From Gemmatimonadales bacterium (GTDB lineage: Bacteria > Gemmatimonadota > Gemmatimonadetes > Gemmatimonadales > GWC2-71-9): DNA of 52,329 nt. Below the pieces are notes generated by a model that saw only the letters and a program-made list of their open reading frames with translations, was not told the DNA's origin and did no database searches. This document shows, one piece after another, positions 38,950 to 48,634 of this stretch. The position numbers and the translations under genes are program-made. The first letter of the stretch is position 1. The number at the start of each line of letters is the position of its first letter. The stretch lies in the NCBI GenBank assembly GCA_041615815.1, contig JBFJCP010000031.1, positions 1 to 52,329 on the forward strand, read 5' to 3'.

Positions 38950-39627
38950 TCACTCGCCCTTTCTCGCCTGCCCCACCAAATGGTCCGCCAACCTGGTAGG
39001 CTCCGGCAACCGGTACTTCGTCGCGCACTCGAGCACGACCCGTGTGGCGGTCGCGAGGTCGATCCGGTGCCCGACACTCACGTACACCGGTCGAACACCG
39101 TCCTGCGTTCGGAGCACCCGTCCGATCACATCTCCATCGTGACGGAGACGGACAGACGCGCCGCGGCGCACTCCGGGCGTGACCGGCTCGCCGACGAGCC
39201 GGCTCTTGGCACAACCGAGGGTGGGGCGATCGCACAGCACCCCGATGTGACAGGCAATACCGAAGCGCCTCGGATGCGCGAACCCGTGACCATCGCACAT
39301 GATGGTGTCCGGCTCGCTTCGAAGTTTGCGAAGCGCCGCGAGAATGGCCGGCGCTTCACGAAAGGAGAGGAGACCGGGCACATAGGGGAAGCGCAGTAGT
39401 CGCGTGGCCACCCGCTCCTCCAATACGTCACCGGAATGGCGATCCCAGAGCACGACCCCAGCGATACACCGCTCGCCGTCCTGGCTGAACGCGCTGTCCA
39501 CACCCGCTACAGTTCGAAAGTTTCGACGCCCACCCGATGCGCGGACTCGTGTGGCGAGTGATCGCTGGATGGCGACCGCCCGCGTGGGACTGACGCTCCA
39601 GCGATGGGGGACGGGAGAGAATTTCAT
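38950..39627 (-). CDS. nfi: Endonuclease V (deoxyinosine 3' endonuclease)
   Basis: AGVD, FPYVPGLLSFRE, CDGHG.AHPRRFGIACH, VYVSVGH and YRLPEPTRLAD motifs. Confidence 0.95.
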   Translation of the reverse strand: MKFSPVPHRWSVSPTRAVAIQRSLATRVRASGGRRNFRTVAGVDSAFSQDGERCIAGVVLWDRHSGDVLEERVATRLLRFPYVPGLLSFREAPAILAALRKLRSEPDTIMCDGHGFAHPRRFGIACHIGVLCDRPTLGCAKSRLVGEPVTPGVRRGASVRLRHDGDVIGRVLRTQDGVRPVYVSVGHRIDLATATRVVLECATKYRLPEPTRLADHLVGQARKGE

Positions 39628-39671
39628 AGGTTGGAAGGCCGGTGGGTTAAAAAGTTGGAACGAGGCAAACT

Positions 39672-40604
39672 TCAGTCCATGCTCCCGACCCCCAGTACGT
39701 CGAGATCGATGTGATAGATCTCCCCCCATCCGCGCGAGAAAAACAAGTACTGCCCGTCCGGCGTGACGTAGGGCGTATACTCGAACTCCGGCGTGTTCAC
39801 GAGACGCCCGAGGTTTTGGGGCTCGTTCCACTGCCCGTTGCGCCGATACGTGATATAGAGATCGCCGGACCCGTATCCGCCTTCGCGGGTGGACGAGAAG
39901 ATCATGAATGACTCATCCGGCGCGATGAATGGGTCCGCGTCCGTCGCGGGCGAGTTGATCGAGGGACCGAGATTGCGCGCTTGTTGGAACTCGCCTTCTG
40001 CGTAGCGGGAGACATACAGATCGAGCTGGCCAAGCCCGCCCTGGCGGCGGGATGCGAAATAGAGGTTCCCATTGCGGGCCACAGACGGATAGTTGTCGTA
40101 GTCATTCGAATTCACCGTCAAGCTCAGCCGTCGTGGTGTGCTCCACACCCTGCCCTCCCACTCCACGACATAGAGATCGAACGCCGTGTCGCCTCCCCCG
40201 GGCGCTTCTGGCCGAGTGGAGGCAAAAAAGAGCTTGGAGCCGTCGAGGGTCATGAACGGCTCCTTGTCGTAATATTGACCCGAAAACGGAGCAACCGTTG
40301 GCGGCGTCCACGCGCCTCTCTCGAACTGCGAGAAGACGATGGATTCGTTTCCATCTCGGTTGGCGCGCTTCGTGAAATACAATGTGCGCCCGGTCGGTGC
40401 GAAGACGGGACCGTATTCGTCGGCATCCGTGTTGATGACGCCCGGCGCGAACAACGTCGCTACCAGAACCGGCTCAGGCGACCGATAAGGATGGCGCTGC
40501 TGCGCTACGAGGATCGCCGGCGCGAGCGTCACGAGCATCGCTCCGACAAGGAGCCCACTCCCTTTCCCATGAGTCCTCGCTCGCACCAATAGCTGTCCTT
40601 CCAA
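39672..40604 (-). CDS. Secreted TolB-like/PD40 beta-propeller protein
   Basis: Repeated P.(F/V)...G..LYF.S.R.GG.G..DLY and NLG..IN units plus a signal-like segment. Start position is uncertain. Confidence 0.82.
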   Translation of the reverse strand: MEGQLLVRARTHGKGSGLLVGAMLVTLAPAILVAQQRHPYRSPEPVLVATLFAPGVINTDADEYGPVFAPTGRTLYFTKRANRDGNESIVFSQFERGAWTPPTVAPFSGQYYDKEPFMTLDGSKLFFASTRPEAPGGGDTAFDLYVVEWEGRVWSTPRRLSLTVNSNDYDNYPSVARNGNLYFASRRQGGLGQLDLYVSRYAEGEFQQARNLGPSINSPATDADPFIAPDESFMIFSSTREGGYGSGDLYITYRRNGQWNEPQNLGRLVNTPEFEYTPYVTPDGQYLFFSRGWGEIYHIDLDVLGVGSMD

Positions 40605-40658
40605 CGTTCTAACCTTCTGACCTTTTCACTTTCCCACCTTCCACCCTCCTATCTTTTC

Positions 40659-43600
40659 TCATCCCACGTTCCCCACATAAGCACGCAACGCAGGACTCAC
40701 TCTTCTCCGAATCAATGCGCGCTCCACATCGTGTCGTTCGAGCGCATCGAGCTCGACCAGCGGCCGAAACTCGCCGCTCTCCCTGGCAGCCACGGGTACG
40801 CCATCTCGGTACACGATGCGATTCGATGCGAGCGCGGGAATACGATCCCCGGGAGTCACGATGCCGGTCAGGTTGAGGGGATCCGCCGCTCCGATGGCAT
40901 GGAGATTTCCCGGCCGGGCATTGCGCCGAACGGCGCGCATCTGCCCCACGGCTTCCGGCAACGCGAACTGCTCTCCGGTCATTCCGGCCACGAACCGCCC
41001 GCCGCGAATCTCCCCCCGGGCCTCCAGGCGCCGGAGCACAGGAACGAGATCCCGCCAGCGAGCGGCGGTGCTCTCCCTCGTGAGCAGACGACGAAACACC
41101 ACGCCATAGCGGCGGAGGAGCGCCCAGGCTAGGGATTCCGACGGAACGTTGGAAGGTCGGAAGTTTGAACGGTCGCCATCCGGCGGGCCTTCCGTCCTTC
41201 CAGCCTCCCTTCGTAGCACCGTCCATCGCCCTGCCGACTCCACCCCGAACGGCGATGTCTTGTGCTTGCGACGTCCGCCGGCTCGTGGGCGGCGCTTGCT
41301 CGAGGGTGTGAGCAGCGCGCGGAGCCCAGCGAAGCTGTCTGCCGTCACCATACCCAAGGCCACCAACTCACCCAACGCCTGTTCGACTTGCGTTGCCAAG
41401 AGCTCCGAGCCCGCGACGAGATCGTGGAAGAAGGATGCACCCCGGCGCTCCAACACCTCGAGGACCTGTTGGGCATAGCTCGACAACGGAGGATGATTGA
41501 CCACGTCATCGCCGATCCACAAGTCACCGTGCTTACGAAGAAATAACGCCACCGGTGTCGACCGGAGCGGCCCATGAACGAAGGGCCCACTCCCCGCCTG
41601 AAGCGGCGGTGAGACTCTTCCCCACGCCACTCGACCGGTGAGACACAGTGTATCGAGCATGAGCGGGTCGTACTCGTCCACGCGGGAGGCGAGAACGTCC
41701 GGCTCCCAAGCACCTGCCGCTAACTCGAAACCGTCGAGCTGCGTCACCACCGCTGCCAACCCTTCGACCCCGGCCACTCGATGCTCGGAATCCACGTGCT
41801 GCCAGGCAAACAGAAAGCGCATGAAGTCCGCCGCCGAGACCGGCTCGATCTCCGCCCGCAACCGGTTGAGTGTGTACCGATGAATGCGCGCTAGGAGCCG
41901 GCGGTCGCACCATTCGAGAGGACGCACGCTGGAAGGCACACCACCCGGCGTAAACGCACCCCGCAGCACCACTCCCTCGGCCTCCAGCGCGAGGAGTGCT
42001 GCATCCACGTCAACGACCGCCTGATCTACCGAGTCGGCGAGCGCCACCGCCGTCGTCGGACCCACAATCTCGAGGCGACCACGCAACAGCTCCCGGAGGG
42101 CATCGGCACGGGCGGTGTCACCCGTCTTCGCGTTCCCCGATCCCTCCTCCCCGCTCCCCTCGGCCCCGCGCTTCGGTGGTTCCGCCGTCTGAGCAGGAAC
42201 GTCGAGACCTTCTGGCTCAATGGCCGCATCCGGGTACACGGCAAGAATCTCACGCAGCCGCTCGACCGCGAACCACAGCACGCGCCCGTCGGCGGCCAGT
42301 ACCCGACCCGCCCGACCCGCGTGCAAGAGCTGCTCGCCGAAACCCATTGCCACCTCTGCCGCCTCCAAGTCTCTCACTTCTCCCGCACTCAAGAGCCCCG
42401 CCATCATCAAGGCATCGTGCAACTCGTCGGCGTGCCCCACCATCGGCCATACCTCATCCTTCACGCGCTCGATCGCAGCCGCGTCCAACGCTCCAAGGTC
42501 GTCGGCCGATGATGGTTCGAACGCTCGCCTTGTATAGACCGCCGCCGTTCGACGCTCCTCCAGCGGGGCATCGTCGAGGAAGGCGTACGGTCGCGCGTTC
42601 AGCGTTTCGTGGGAGAGGGGTGACGGTTCCGGGGTGTCACGCCCGATGCAGGTCACCTTGCCGTCGTGGATCCGTTCGAGGACGCCGATCAGCGCATCGA
42701 GATCCATCGCCTCGTGGAGACAATCCTCGATCGTTTGCCGAACCAACGGATGATCCGGCACCTCGCGATCGCCGGCGATGTTCTCGAGACAGGCTGCCGC
42801 ATCCGGGAACACCGCCGCCAGGAGATCCTCCGCTTCCATACGCTGGATCTGGGGTGGCGTCTTCTTGCCACCGCGGTTGCGCAGAATCGCCAATGAGATG
42901 GTCGAATCCCAACGCCACCGCGTCTGAAACACGGGTGCATCGAGCAGCGCCTGCACGAGAATTGCGCGCAGGGTATTGGGATGCAGATATCGAAACACGT
43001 CCTCCAACGGAAAGGAATGTTGAGGACCGAGTGAGAGCACCAACGCGTCTTCGGTGGCCGCCGCCTGTAGCTCGAAGTTGAACTGCCGGCAGAATCGCTT
43101 CCGGAGTGCCAGTCCCCACGCCCGATTCAGCCTGCTGCCAAAGGGGGCGTGTAATACCAACTGCATCCCACCCGCCTCGTCGAAGAAGCGCTCAGCGATC
43201 AACGTCTCCTGCGTCGGAAGGGCTCCGAGGAGACGCTTTGTCTCTCCGAGGTACTCGACGAGTTGCAGGGCGGCGGCACGTGAGAGCCCAAGGGCATCGA
43301 GCAGCCATCCGATGACCGCGTCACGGTCATCCAAACGGTGCTCGATGTCCGCCCGCAAACGCGCAACCTCGGCTGAGAGCTCGTCGGTCCGCCCTGGCGC
43401 CTCCCCAAACCAGAACGGAATGGTCGGTGGTTGACCTCGGGCATCTTCGACGCGAACGACACCTGTCTCCACTCGCAGGATGCGCCACGAGGTATTCCCC
43501 AGTTGGAAGATGTCCCCCGCCATGCTCTCGATGGCGAAGTCTTCGTTCAGCGTCCCGACGAATGTGCCCTCGGGCTCGAGTACCACACGGAAGTCGGCAG

Positions 43601-45104
43601 TATCAGGGATTGCTCCGCCCGACGTTATGGCTGCGAGGCGTGCCCCCCGTCGGCCACGGATCCTCCGGCCCACGCCGTCGTAATGGACGAGCGCCCCTCG
43701 GCGGCCGCGCCGGGTCGCAAATCCCCGCGCCACCATTTGCACAACGTCGTCGAATTCCGAGCGCGGCAGAGCGCGGTACGGCCACGCTCGCCGCATGACC
43801 GTAAACAGCTCGTCCTCGGCCCAGTCCTCACATGCTGCCTCGGCCACGATCTGCTGCGCCAACACGTCCAACGGCTTCTCGATCAAACGCGTGCGGTCCA
43901 GATCTCCTCGAAGCACCGCTCTCAGCAGCGCAACACATTCCACGAGATCATCCCGCGACAGTGGGAACAGCCGTCCCTTGGGTGTGCCTCCCACGGTATG
44001 ATCGGAACGTCCAACTCGCTGCAGGAATGTCGAGATTCGTCGCGTTGAGCCGAGCTGGCATACCAGGTCCACCGATCCGATATCGATGCCCAGCTCCAGC
44101 GATGCCGTGGCCACCATCGCCTTGAGCGTTCCCGCGCGCAGGCGCTCCTCTGCATCCTGGCGCACGTCCTTGGAGAGGCTACCGTGATGCGCCGTCACGA
44201 CCGTCTCGTCGAGGCGCTCGCTCAGATGGCGCGCCACGCGTTCCGCGAGACGCCGCGTGTTCACGAACACGAGCGTGGTCCGATGCGTCCGGATCAGCTC
44301 GGCGAGCCGATCGTACACCTCGGTCCAGACCTCGCCGGACATCACGGCCTCCAAGGGAGACCTCGGGAGCTCGAGCGCGAGATCGAGATCTCGCCGGTGT
44401 CCTTCGTCCACGATGGTGCAACGCGCATCGCCAGCCGCGTCCAGATTGCCCGTCCCAACGAGGAACCGCGCAACCTCGTCGATAGGGTTTTGGGTCGCTG
44501 ACAGTCCGATCCGCACCAACGGGGCTCGGGTCACGTGCTCGAGACGCTCCAGACTCAACGCCAGGTGCGCTCCTCGGCGGGATTCGAGCACCGCGTGTAT
44601 CTCGTCGACGATGACTGTCCGCGCCGTGCGGAGCATGTCGCGACTGCGTTCGGCTGTCAGTAAGAGGTACAGGGATTCGGGGGTCGTAACGAGAATGTGT
44701 GGCGGCTTCTTAAGCATCGCGGCGCGCTCTGACTGCGGGGTGTCCCCCGTACGAACGGCCGCCGTGATGCGAATGGGATCGAGCCCCATCTCTTCCAGAA
44801 CCTTGCGGATCCCCCGACGCGGCTCCGCGAGGTTCTGGTGAATGTCGACGCTCAACGCCTTGAGCGGCGAGACGTACACCACCCGCACTTCGTCCGGGAG
44901 ATGGCTGCCGAGACCCTCCTCGAGGAGCTCGTCGAGGGAGATGAGAAACGCCGCGAGCGTCTTGCCCGATCCCGTGGGCGCGGCAATCAACGTGTGGCGG
45001 CCGGATCGGATGGCCTCCCACCCCATCTGTTGGGCTGGCGTCGGCCTATGGAAGCGGCTCGAAAACCACCGGGAGACGGCGGGATGAAACGCGGCAAGTG
45101 GCAT
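40659..45104 (-). CDS. lhr: Lhr-family ATP-dependent SF2 helicase (large form with C-terminal domain)
   Basis: [43 protein letters not shown] and QRVGR motifs; C-terminal [26 protein letters not shown]. Confidence 0.95.
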   Translation of the reverse strand: MPLAAFHPAVSRWFSSRFHRPTPAQQMGWEAIRSGRHTLIAAPTGSGKTLAAFLISLDELLEEGLGSHLPDEVRVVYVSPLKALSVDIHQNLAEPRRGIRKVLEEMGLDPIRITAAVRTGDTPQSERAAMLKKPPHILVTTPESLYLLLTAERSRDMLRTARTVIVDEIHAVLESRRGAHLALSLERLEHVTRAPLVRIGLSATQNPIDEVARFLVGTGNLDAAGDARCTIVDEGHRRDLDLALELPRSPLEAVMSGEVWTEVYDRLAELIRTHRTTLVFVNTRRLAERVARHLSERLDETVVTAHHGSLSKDVRQDAEERLRAGTLKAMVATASLELGIDIGSVDLVCQLGSTRRISTFLQRVGRSDHTVGGTPKGRLFPLSRDDLVECVALLRAVLRGDLDRTRLIEKPLDVLAQQIVAEAACEDWAEDELFTVMRRAWPYRALPRSEFDDVVQMVARGFATRRGRRGALVHYDGVGRRIRGRRGARLAAITSGGAIPDTADFRVVLEPEGTFVGTLNEDFAIESMAGDIFQLGNTSWRILRVETGVVRVEDARGQPPTIPFWFGEAPGRTDELSAEVARLRADIEHRLDDRDAVIGWLLDALGLSRAAALQLVEYLGETKRLLGALPTQETLIAERFFDEAGGMQLVLHAPFGSRLNRAWGLALRKRFCRQFNFELQAAATEDALVLSLGPQHSFPLEDVFRYLHPNTLRAILVQALLDAPVFQTRWRWDSTISLAILRNRGGKKTPPQIQRMEAEDLLAAVFPDAAACLENIAGDREVPDHPLVRQTIEDCLHEAMDLDALIGVLERIHDGKVTCIGRDTPEPSPLSHETLNARPYAFLDDAPLEERRTAAVYTRRAFEPSSADDLGALDAAAIERVKDEVWPMVGHADELHDALMMAGLLSAGEVRDLEAAEVAMGFGEQLLHAGRAGRVLAADGRVLWFAVERLREILAVYPDAAIEPEGLDVPAQTAEPPKRGAEGSGEEGSGNAKTGDTARADALRELLRGRLEIVGPTTAVALADSVDQAVVDVDAALLALEAEGVVLRGAFTPGGVPSSVRPLEWCDRRLLARIHRYTLNRLRAEIEPVSAADFMRFLFAWQHVDSEHRVAGVEGLAAVVTQLDGFELAAGAWEPDVLASRVDEYDPLMLDTLCLTGRVAWGRVSPPLQAGSGPFVHGPLRSTPVALFLRKHGDLWIGDDVVNHPPLSSYAQQVLEVLERRGASFFHDLVAGSELLATQVEQALGELVALGMVTADSFAGLRALLTPSSKRRPRAGGRRKHKTSPFGVESAGRWTVLRREAGRTEGPPDGDRSNFRPSNVPSESLAWALLRRYGVVFRRLLTRESTAARWRDLVPVLRRLEARGEIRGGRFVAGMTGEQFALPEAVGQMRAVRRNARPGNLHAIGAADPLNLTGIVTPGDRIPALASNRIVYRDGVPVAARESGEFRPLVELDALERHDVERALIRRRVSPALRAYVGNVG

Positions 45105-45227
45105 GCGCTGAAATATGTGTCCGGTTCGTCCGCCTGCGATACCCATTTGGGTGAGCCACAGTTCCCACCGGCAGCATCAATGGCCCCACACTCGACGGCC
45201 GTCCCCGAGGTCCGTATTATCCGCCCC

Positions 45228-46469
45228 ATGCCGGTCACCGCACGCCCGCCGGTCTCCACGTTCGCACTTATCATCACGGTGATGAGTTGTGTTCGGGAAC
45301 CCAACCCCGTGCTGCTGCGCGTCGCAACGTTCAACGCCTCCCTGTTCCGCGACTCCCCTGGCGCGTTGACCCACGATCTCACCACAAAGGATGACTCACA
45401 GGCCATCGCGGTGGCCCAGATCATCCAGCGTGTGCGGCCCGACGTCATTCTGATCAACGAGTTCGACTACGACGAAGCGGGGCGCGCGGCGCAGCTCTTC
45501 CAGGCCAACTACTTGGCCATCAGTCACACGCTCTCCGGTGCGGAGCCCTCCCAACCCATCACTTACCCCCATCGTCTCGTCGAACCCGTCAACACCGGTG
45601 TGCCCTCCGGTCTGGACCTCGACAACGACGGTGCGGTGGGACGAGTGGGAAGTGCCTATGCCGGGGACGCCCTGGGCTTTGGCCAGTTCCCGGGCCAGTA
45701 CGGCATGTTGCTCCTTTCTCGCTTTCCCATCGATACAGCGAATGTGCGGACGTTCCGGACCTTGCTCTGGCGCGACATGCCTGGGGCCCTGCTCCCGACG
45801 GGCCCGGACAGCCGTCCGTGGTACGACGAAGCGGAGTTGGCAGCGTTGCCGCTCTCGTCCAAGAGCCATTGGGACGTTCCCATCGTCATCGGAAACCGTG
45901 TGCTTCATGTTCTCGCGAGCCACCCGACACCACCAATTTTCGATGGCGACGAGGACCGCAACGGACGGCGCAACCACGATGAGATTCGTTTCTGGGCGGA
46001 TTACCTGACGCCGGATGATGCCCGATACATCTACGATGACCGAGGCATCCAAGGCGGCCTCGCCGCCGACGCCTCGTTCGTGATCCTGGGTGACCTCAAC
46101 GCCGATCCCTACGATGGAGACAGTACCGACCAGCCGGCGGGGCTCTTACTCTCACACCCTCGGGTCAACGTGAGCCGCACCCCGTCCAGCGAGGGTGGCG
46201 TCGAGCAGCATGACAGCCAGGGTGGCAACAACACCGCGCATCGAGGCAATCCGGCATTCGACACGGCGGACTTCGCCGATCGCGGGAGCGCGCCGGGGAA
46301 TCTCCGGATCGATTACGTGCTTCCGTCCGCCGATCTCGGGATGGTTGACGCGCAGGTCTTTTGGCCGCGTCAGAATGATGTGCTCTTCAAACTCGTCGGG
46401 ACGTTTCCCTTTCCGGCGTCCGATCACCGGCTGGTGTGGGTAGACCTCGCACTGGACGATGGTTCCTGA
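45228..46469 (+). CDS. Endonuclease/exonuclease/phosphatase (EEP) family protein, probably exported
   Basis: RVATFN, ILINEFD, SHPTPP.FD, GDLNAD, RIDYVLPS and SDHRLVW motifs. Confidence 0.9.
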   Translation: MPVTARPPVSTFALIITVMSCVREPNPVLLRVATFNASLFRDSPGALTHDLTTKDDSQAIAVAQIIQRVRPDVILINEFDYDEAGRAAQLFQANYLAISHTLSGAEPSQPITYPHRLVEPVNTGVPSGLDLDNDGAVGRVGSAYAGDALGFGQFPGQYGMLLLSRFPIDTANVRTFRTLLWRDMPGALLPTGPDSRPWYDEAELAALPLSSKSHWDVPIVIGNRVLHVLASHPTPPIFDGDEDRNGRRNHDEIRFWADYLTPDDARYIYDDRGIQGGLAADASFVILGDLNADPYDGDSTDQPAGLLLSHPRVNVSRTPSSEGGVEQHDSQGGNNTAHRGNPAFDTADFADRGSAPGNLRIDYVLPSADLGMVDAQVFWPRQNDVLFKLVGTFPFPASDHRLVWVDLALDDGS

Positions 46470-47227
46470 TCGACGCGCGTACGCCGCACGAGACGAGCCA
46501 CGTGAATAGCGATGCTGCCCAGCAGCTTTCGCCTCACCCGGACCACCTCGAAGCCTTTCTCTGCGAGTGCTTCGGCCAGCGTGTGCGTGGTGACGTGACG
46601 GCGAACCGATTCGGCAATGTATCCGTACGCGTTCGGCTCTCGATGCCACAACCATCCATACGCGTGGCCCGCGAGTGACAGGTAGCGCAGGAAAATACTC
46701 GCCCACACCGGATTGGTGGGTCGGTAGAAGTCCAAGGTGACGAGCGCTCCCCCGGGCTTCAGAATTCTGGCAATCTCCGCTAAGGCCTGCTCGTAATCCG
46801 GCGTGTTACGGAGCCCATAACCCACCGTCACCGCATCCACGGACGCATCCCGCACCGGCAAGGCCATCATGTCGCCACCACAGAACGAGACGTCTGTGGC
46901 GGCTCGTTTCGCACGGGCGGCCGCGAAGCCGCGCATGCGCATGGAGATGTCGATGCCCACCACGGTGGCCAGAGGCCGCTCAGCGCCCACCGCCAGTGCG
47001 AGATCTCCCGTCCCACAACCCAGATCCAGAATCACCGCACTGCCAGAAACCCTCTCGGCGACCGACCGCACCACTTCTCGCTTCCAGCCACGATCCATCC
47101 CGTAAGAGAACCACCGCGTGAATCGATCGTAGCGTGGTGCAATGAGATCGAACATGACAGTGACATAACGCTGTTTGATGGCCGCATCCCGCAGGTGTCG
47201 CTCCAGATCCAGGTCGCCGAGCCTCAT
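46424..47227 (-). CDS. ubiE: Ubiquinone/menaquinone biosynthesis C-methyltransferase family
   Basis: MFD.IAPRYD, LDLGCGTGD, GYGLRN, LKPGG and AYGYI.ES motifs. Confidence 0.8.
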   Translation of the reverse strand: MRLGDLDLERHLRDAAIKQRYVTVMFDLIAPRYDRFTRWFSYGMDRGWKREVVRSVAERVSGSAVILDLGCGTGDLALAVGAERPLATVVGIDISMRMRGFAAARAKRAATDVSFCGGDMMALPVRDASVDAVTVGYGLRNTPDYEQALAEIARILKPGGALVTLDFYRPTNPVWASIFLRYLSLAGHAYGWLWHREPNAYGYIAESVRRHVTTHTLAEALAEKGFEVVRVRRKLLGSIAIHVARLVRRTRVDQEPSSSARSTHTSR

Positions 47228-47263
47228 GAGCGTTTCTCGCAATCGACTGGATTCGGCACACCA

Positions 47264-47359
47264 CGCACCGTTTTGGAGCGATTTGTGGTTTGCGTACAGA
47301 GCCTCCATCCGACTAAGTAGCAGCGTGACAACAGGTTATGCTCTGGCATAAGGGTTGCA
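47264..47359 (+). promoter_or_regulatory. sigma54-type promoter with IHF-like site and upstream enhancer-like palindrome
   Basis: TGGCAT-AAGGG-TTGCA (47344-47359); IHF-like TGACAACAGGTTA (47326-47338); NtrC-box-like CGCACCGTTTTGGAGCG (47264-47280). Confidence 0.6.
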
Positions 47360-47465
47360 ACCACTCGGTGACGTGAATCCGTCAAGCGGGTGACAGCTGT
47401 CACGGCACCTGCGGCACGACTAGCGCAATATTGTTCATCACGCTTTCAGGGGTTACATAGGGACC

Positions 47466-47849
47466 ATGCACCCAGCTGGCCGATTGATCCTCGCCGTTGC
47501 GGCGATCACGATCGCCAGCGGTGCGTCCACGCTCCAGGCCCAGTCCGGGCCCTCGACTCTCAAGGCGAGCGTTTCGAGACTCCTGACTCCGACGGCGGTG
47601 CCCTCGGCCGTGCCAAGTGAGACTGGCTTGGCCGGTAGCTCGCTCTTGCATAGCGCGGGCGAGGCCGCCGCCCTGACATCTGCCGTCGCCGAGCTGTTCC
47701 GGGTTCCCGTCAATCTCTCCCGGTTTTCATTCAGCGTCGACAACGCGCTTGGTTACATCGACGAGTACCGCGGGGTCAAGTACATCGAGCCCGAGCTCTA
47801 CTATGCCTCGCGGATGTATCGGATTTCCTGCGCGATCATCGAGTTCTGA
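47466..47849 (+). CDS. Hypothetical secreted protein (127 aa)
   Basis: Signal peptide ending LQA-Q, AGGGA RBS, its own promoter and terminator, and GC-rich third codon positions. Confidence 0.7.
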   Translation: MHPAGRLILAVAAITIASGASTLQAQSGPSTLKASVSRLLTPTAVPSAVPSETGLAGSSLLHSAGEAAALTSAVAELFRVPVNLSRFSFSVDNALGYIDEYRGVKYIEPELYYASRMYRISCAIIEF

Positions 47850-47871
47850 ACAAACCAGAGCTCGAAATGCA

Positions 47872-47909
47872 CGAGGCCCGGTGCCATGAACACCGGGCCT
47901 CGCGTTTTT
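47872..47909 (+). terminator. Rho-independent terminator
   Basis: 12-bp stem CGAGGCCCGGTG / CACCGGGCCTCG followed by CGTTTTT. Confidence 0.75.
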
Positions 47910-48121
47910 CCGCGGTCGTACCGCCTCTGGCTTCACCGGGGCAGCGTCCAAAACGCGACACCGCTGCCTGTTTCCCCATCGCGCGGGATTCCAACTCCGT
48001 GTGCCACATGTCAGCCACGTTGGGTCAGCGCCGCCGCGAATACCAACCGCGCGAGCCACCAGGGGAAAGGGCGCGACGTGGCGCCGTAAGCTAAAGGCTT
48101 TAACCAATCCGCAACGGCAAC

Positions 48122-48146
48122 GGGCCGCCCCGGTATGGAGCGGCCC
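48122..48146 (-). terminator. Hairpin downstream of the cold-shock gene (probable terminator)
   Basis: GGGCCGC.CC...GG.GCGGCCC inverted repeat with a weak U-tract. Confidence 0.45.
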
Positions 48147-48182
48147 TGTATCGAGATCCGCGATCCGAACCTGCGCCCGAAG

Positions 48183-48395
48183 CTACTCGACCACTCGGGT
48201 CACGTTCTGAGCGGCCGGACCTTTGTCGTTCTCGACGAGATCGAACTCGACCGGCTCACCCTCTTGAAGCGAGCGAAATCCGGTCCCCTGAATCGCCGAA
48301 TAGTGCACGAAGCAATCTTTCGCGCCATCATCCGGGGTGATGAAGCCAAACCCCTTCGCATCGTTGAACCACTTGACCTTCCCGGTGGTACGCAT
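48183..48395 (-). CDS. Cold-shock protein (CspA family, 70 aa)
   Basis: [48 protein letters not shown]. Confidence 0.95.
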   Translation of the reverse strand: MRTTGKVKWFNDAKGFGFITPDDGAKDCFVHYSAIQGTGFRSLQEGEPVEFDLVENDKGPAAQNVTRVVE

Positions 48396-48596
48396 GCAGT
48401 ACTCCCCTCTCCTTTTGCGATGCGTAATCGGTGTCCGGCCCCGCCGTACGACCCGACTACACGCTACCCGCGGACCTGGCCCCCGCGTCGGGCTGCAGCC
48501 GACACCGCTCGGCTGCGAGACACTACGAAAAAAGGGACAGCCGTCCCCGTGATATCCGGCACTGCTCGAAATTCGAAGATGCCCATGAACGCGCAA

Positions 48597-48625
48597 AAGT
48601 TAGTGGGGGCCTCGAGGCATGTCAA
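48597..48625 (-). promoter_or_regulatory. sigma70 promoter of the cold-shock gene
   Basis: Minus strand TTGACA (48625-48620), 17 nt spacer, TAACTT (48602-48597), implying a ~195-nt 5' UTR. Confidence 0.7.
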
Positions 48626-48634
48626 AAACGTGTT

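Noticed and set aside
44838..45227. N-terminal extension of the EEP ORF
   Set aside because: It overlaps the lhr start on the opposite strand. The signal-like segment and EEP motifs begin after 45228.
46424..46469. 46-bp convergent overlap of the EEP and ubiE genes as a regulatory feature
   Set aside because: Short 3' overlaps are common in high-GC genomes, and nothing else supports a function.
47910..48120. Small ORFs or ncRNA between the orphan gene terminator and the csp terminator
   Set aside because: No convincing RBS, protein motif or RNA family signature. TGGCAC..TTGGA on the minus strand has the wrong spacing for sigma54.
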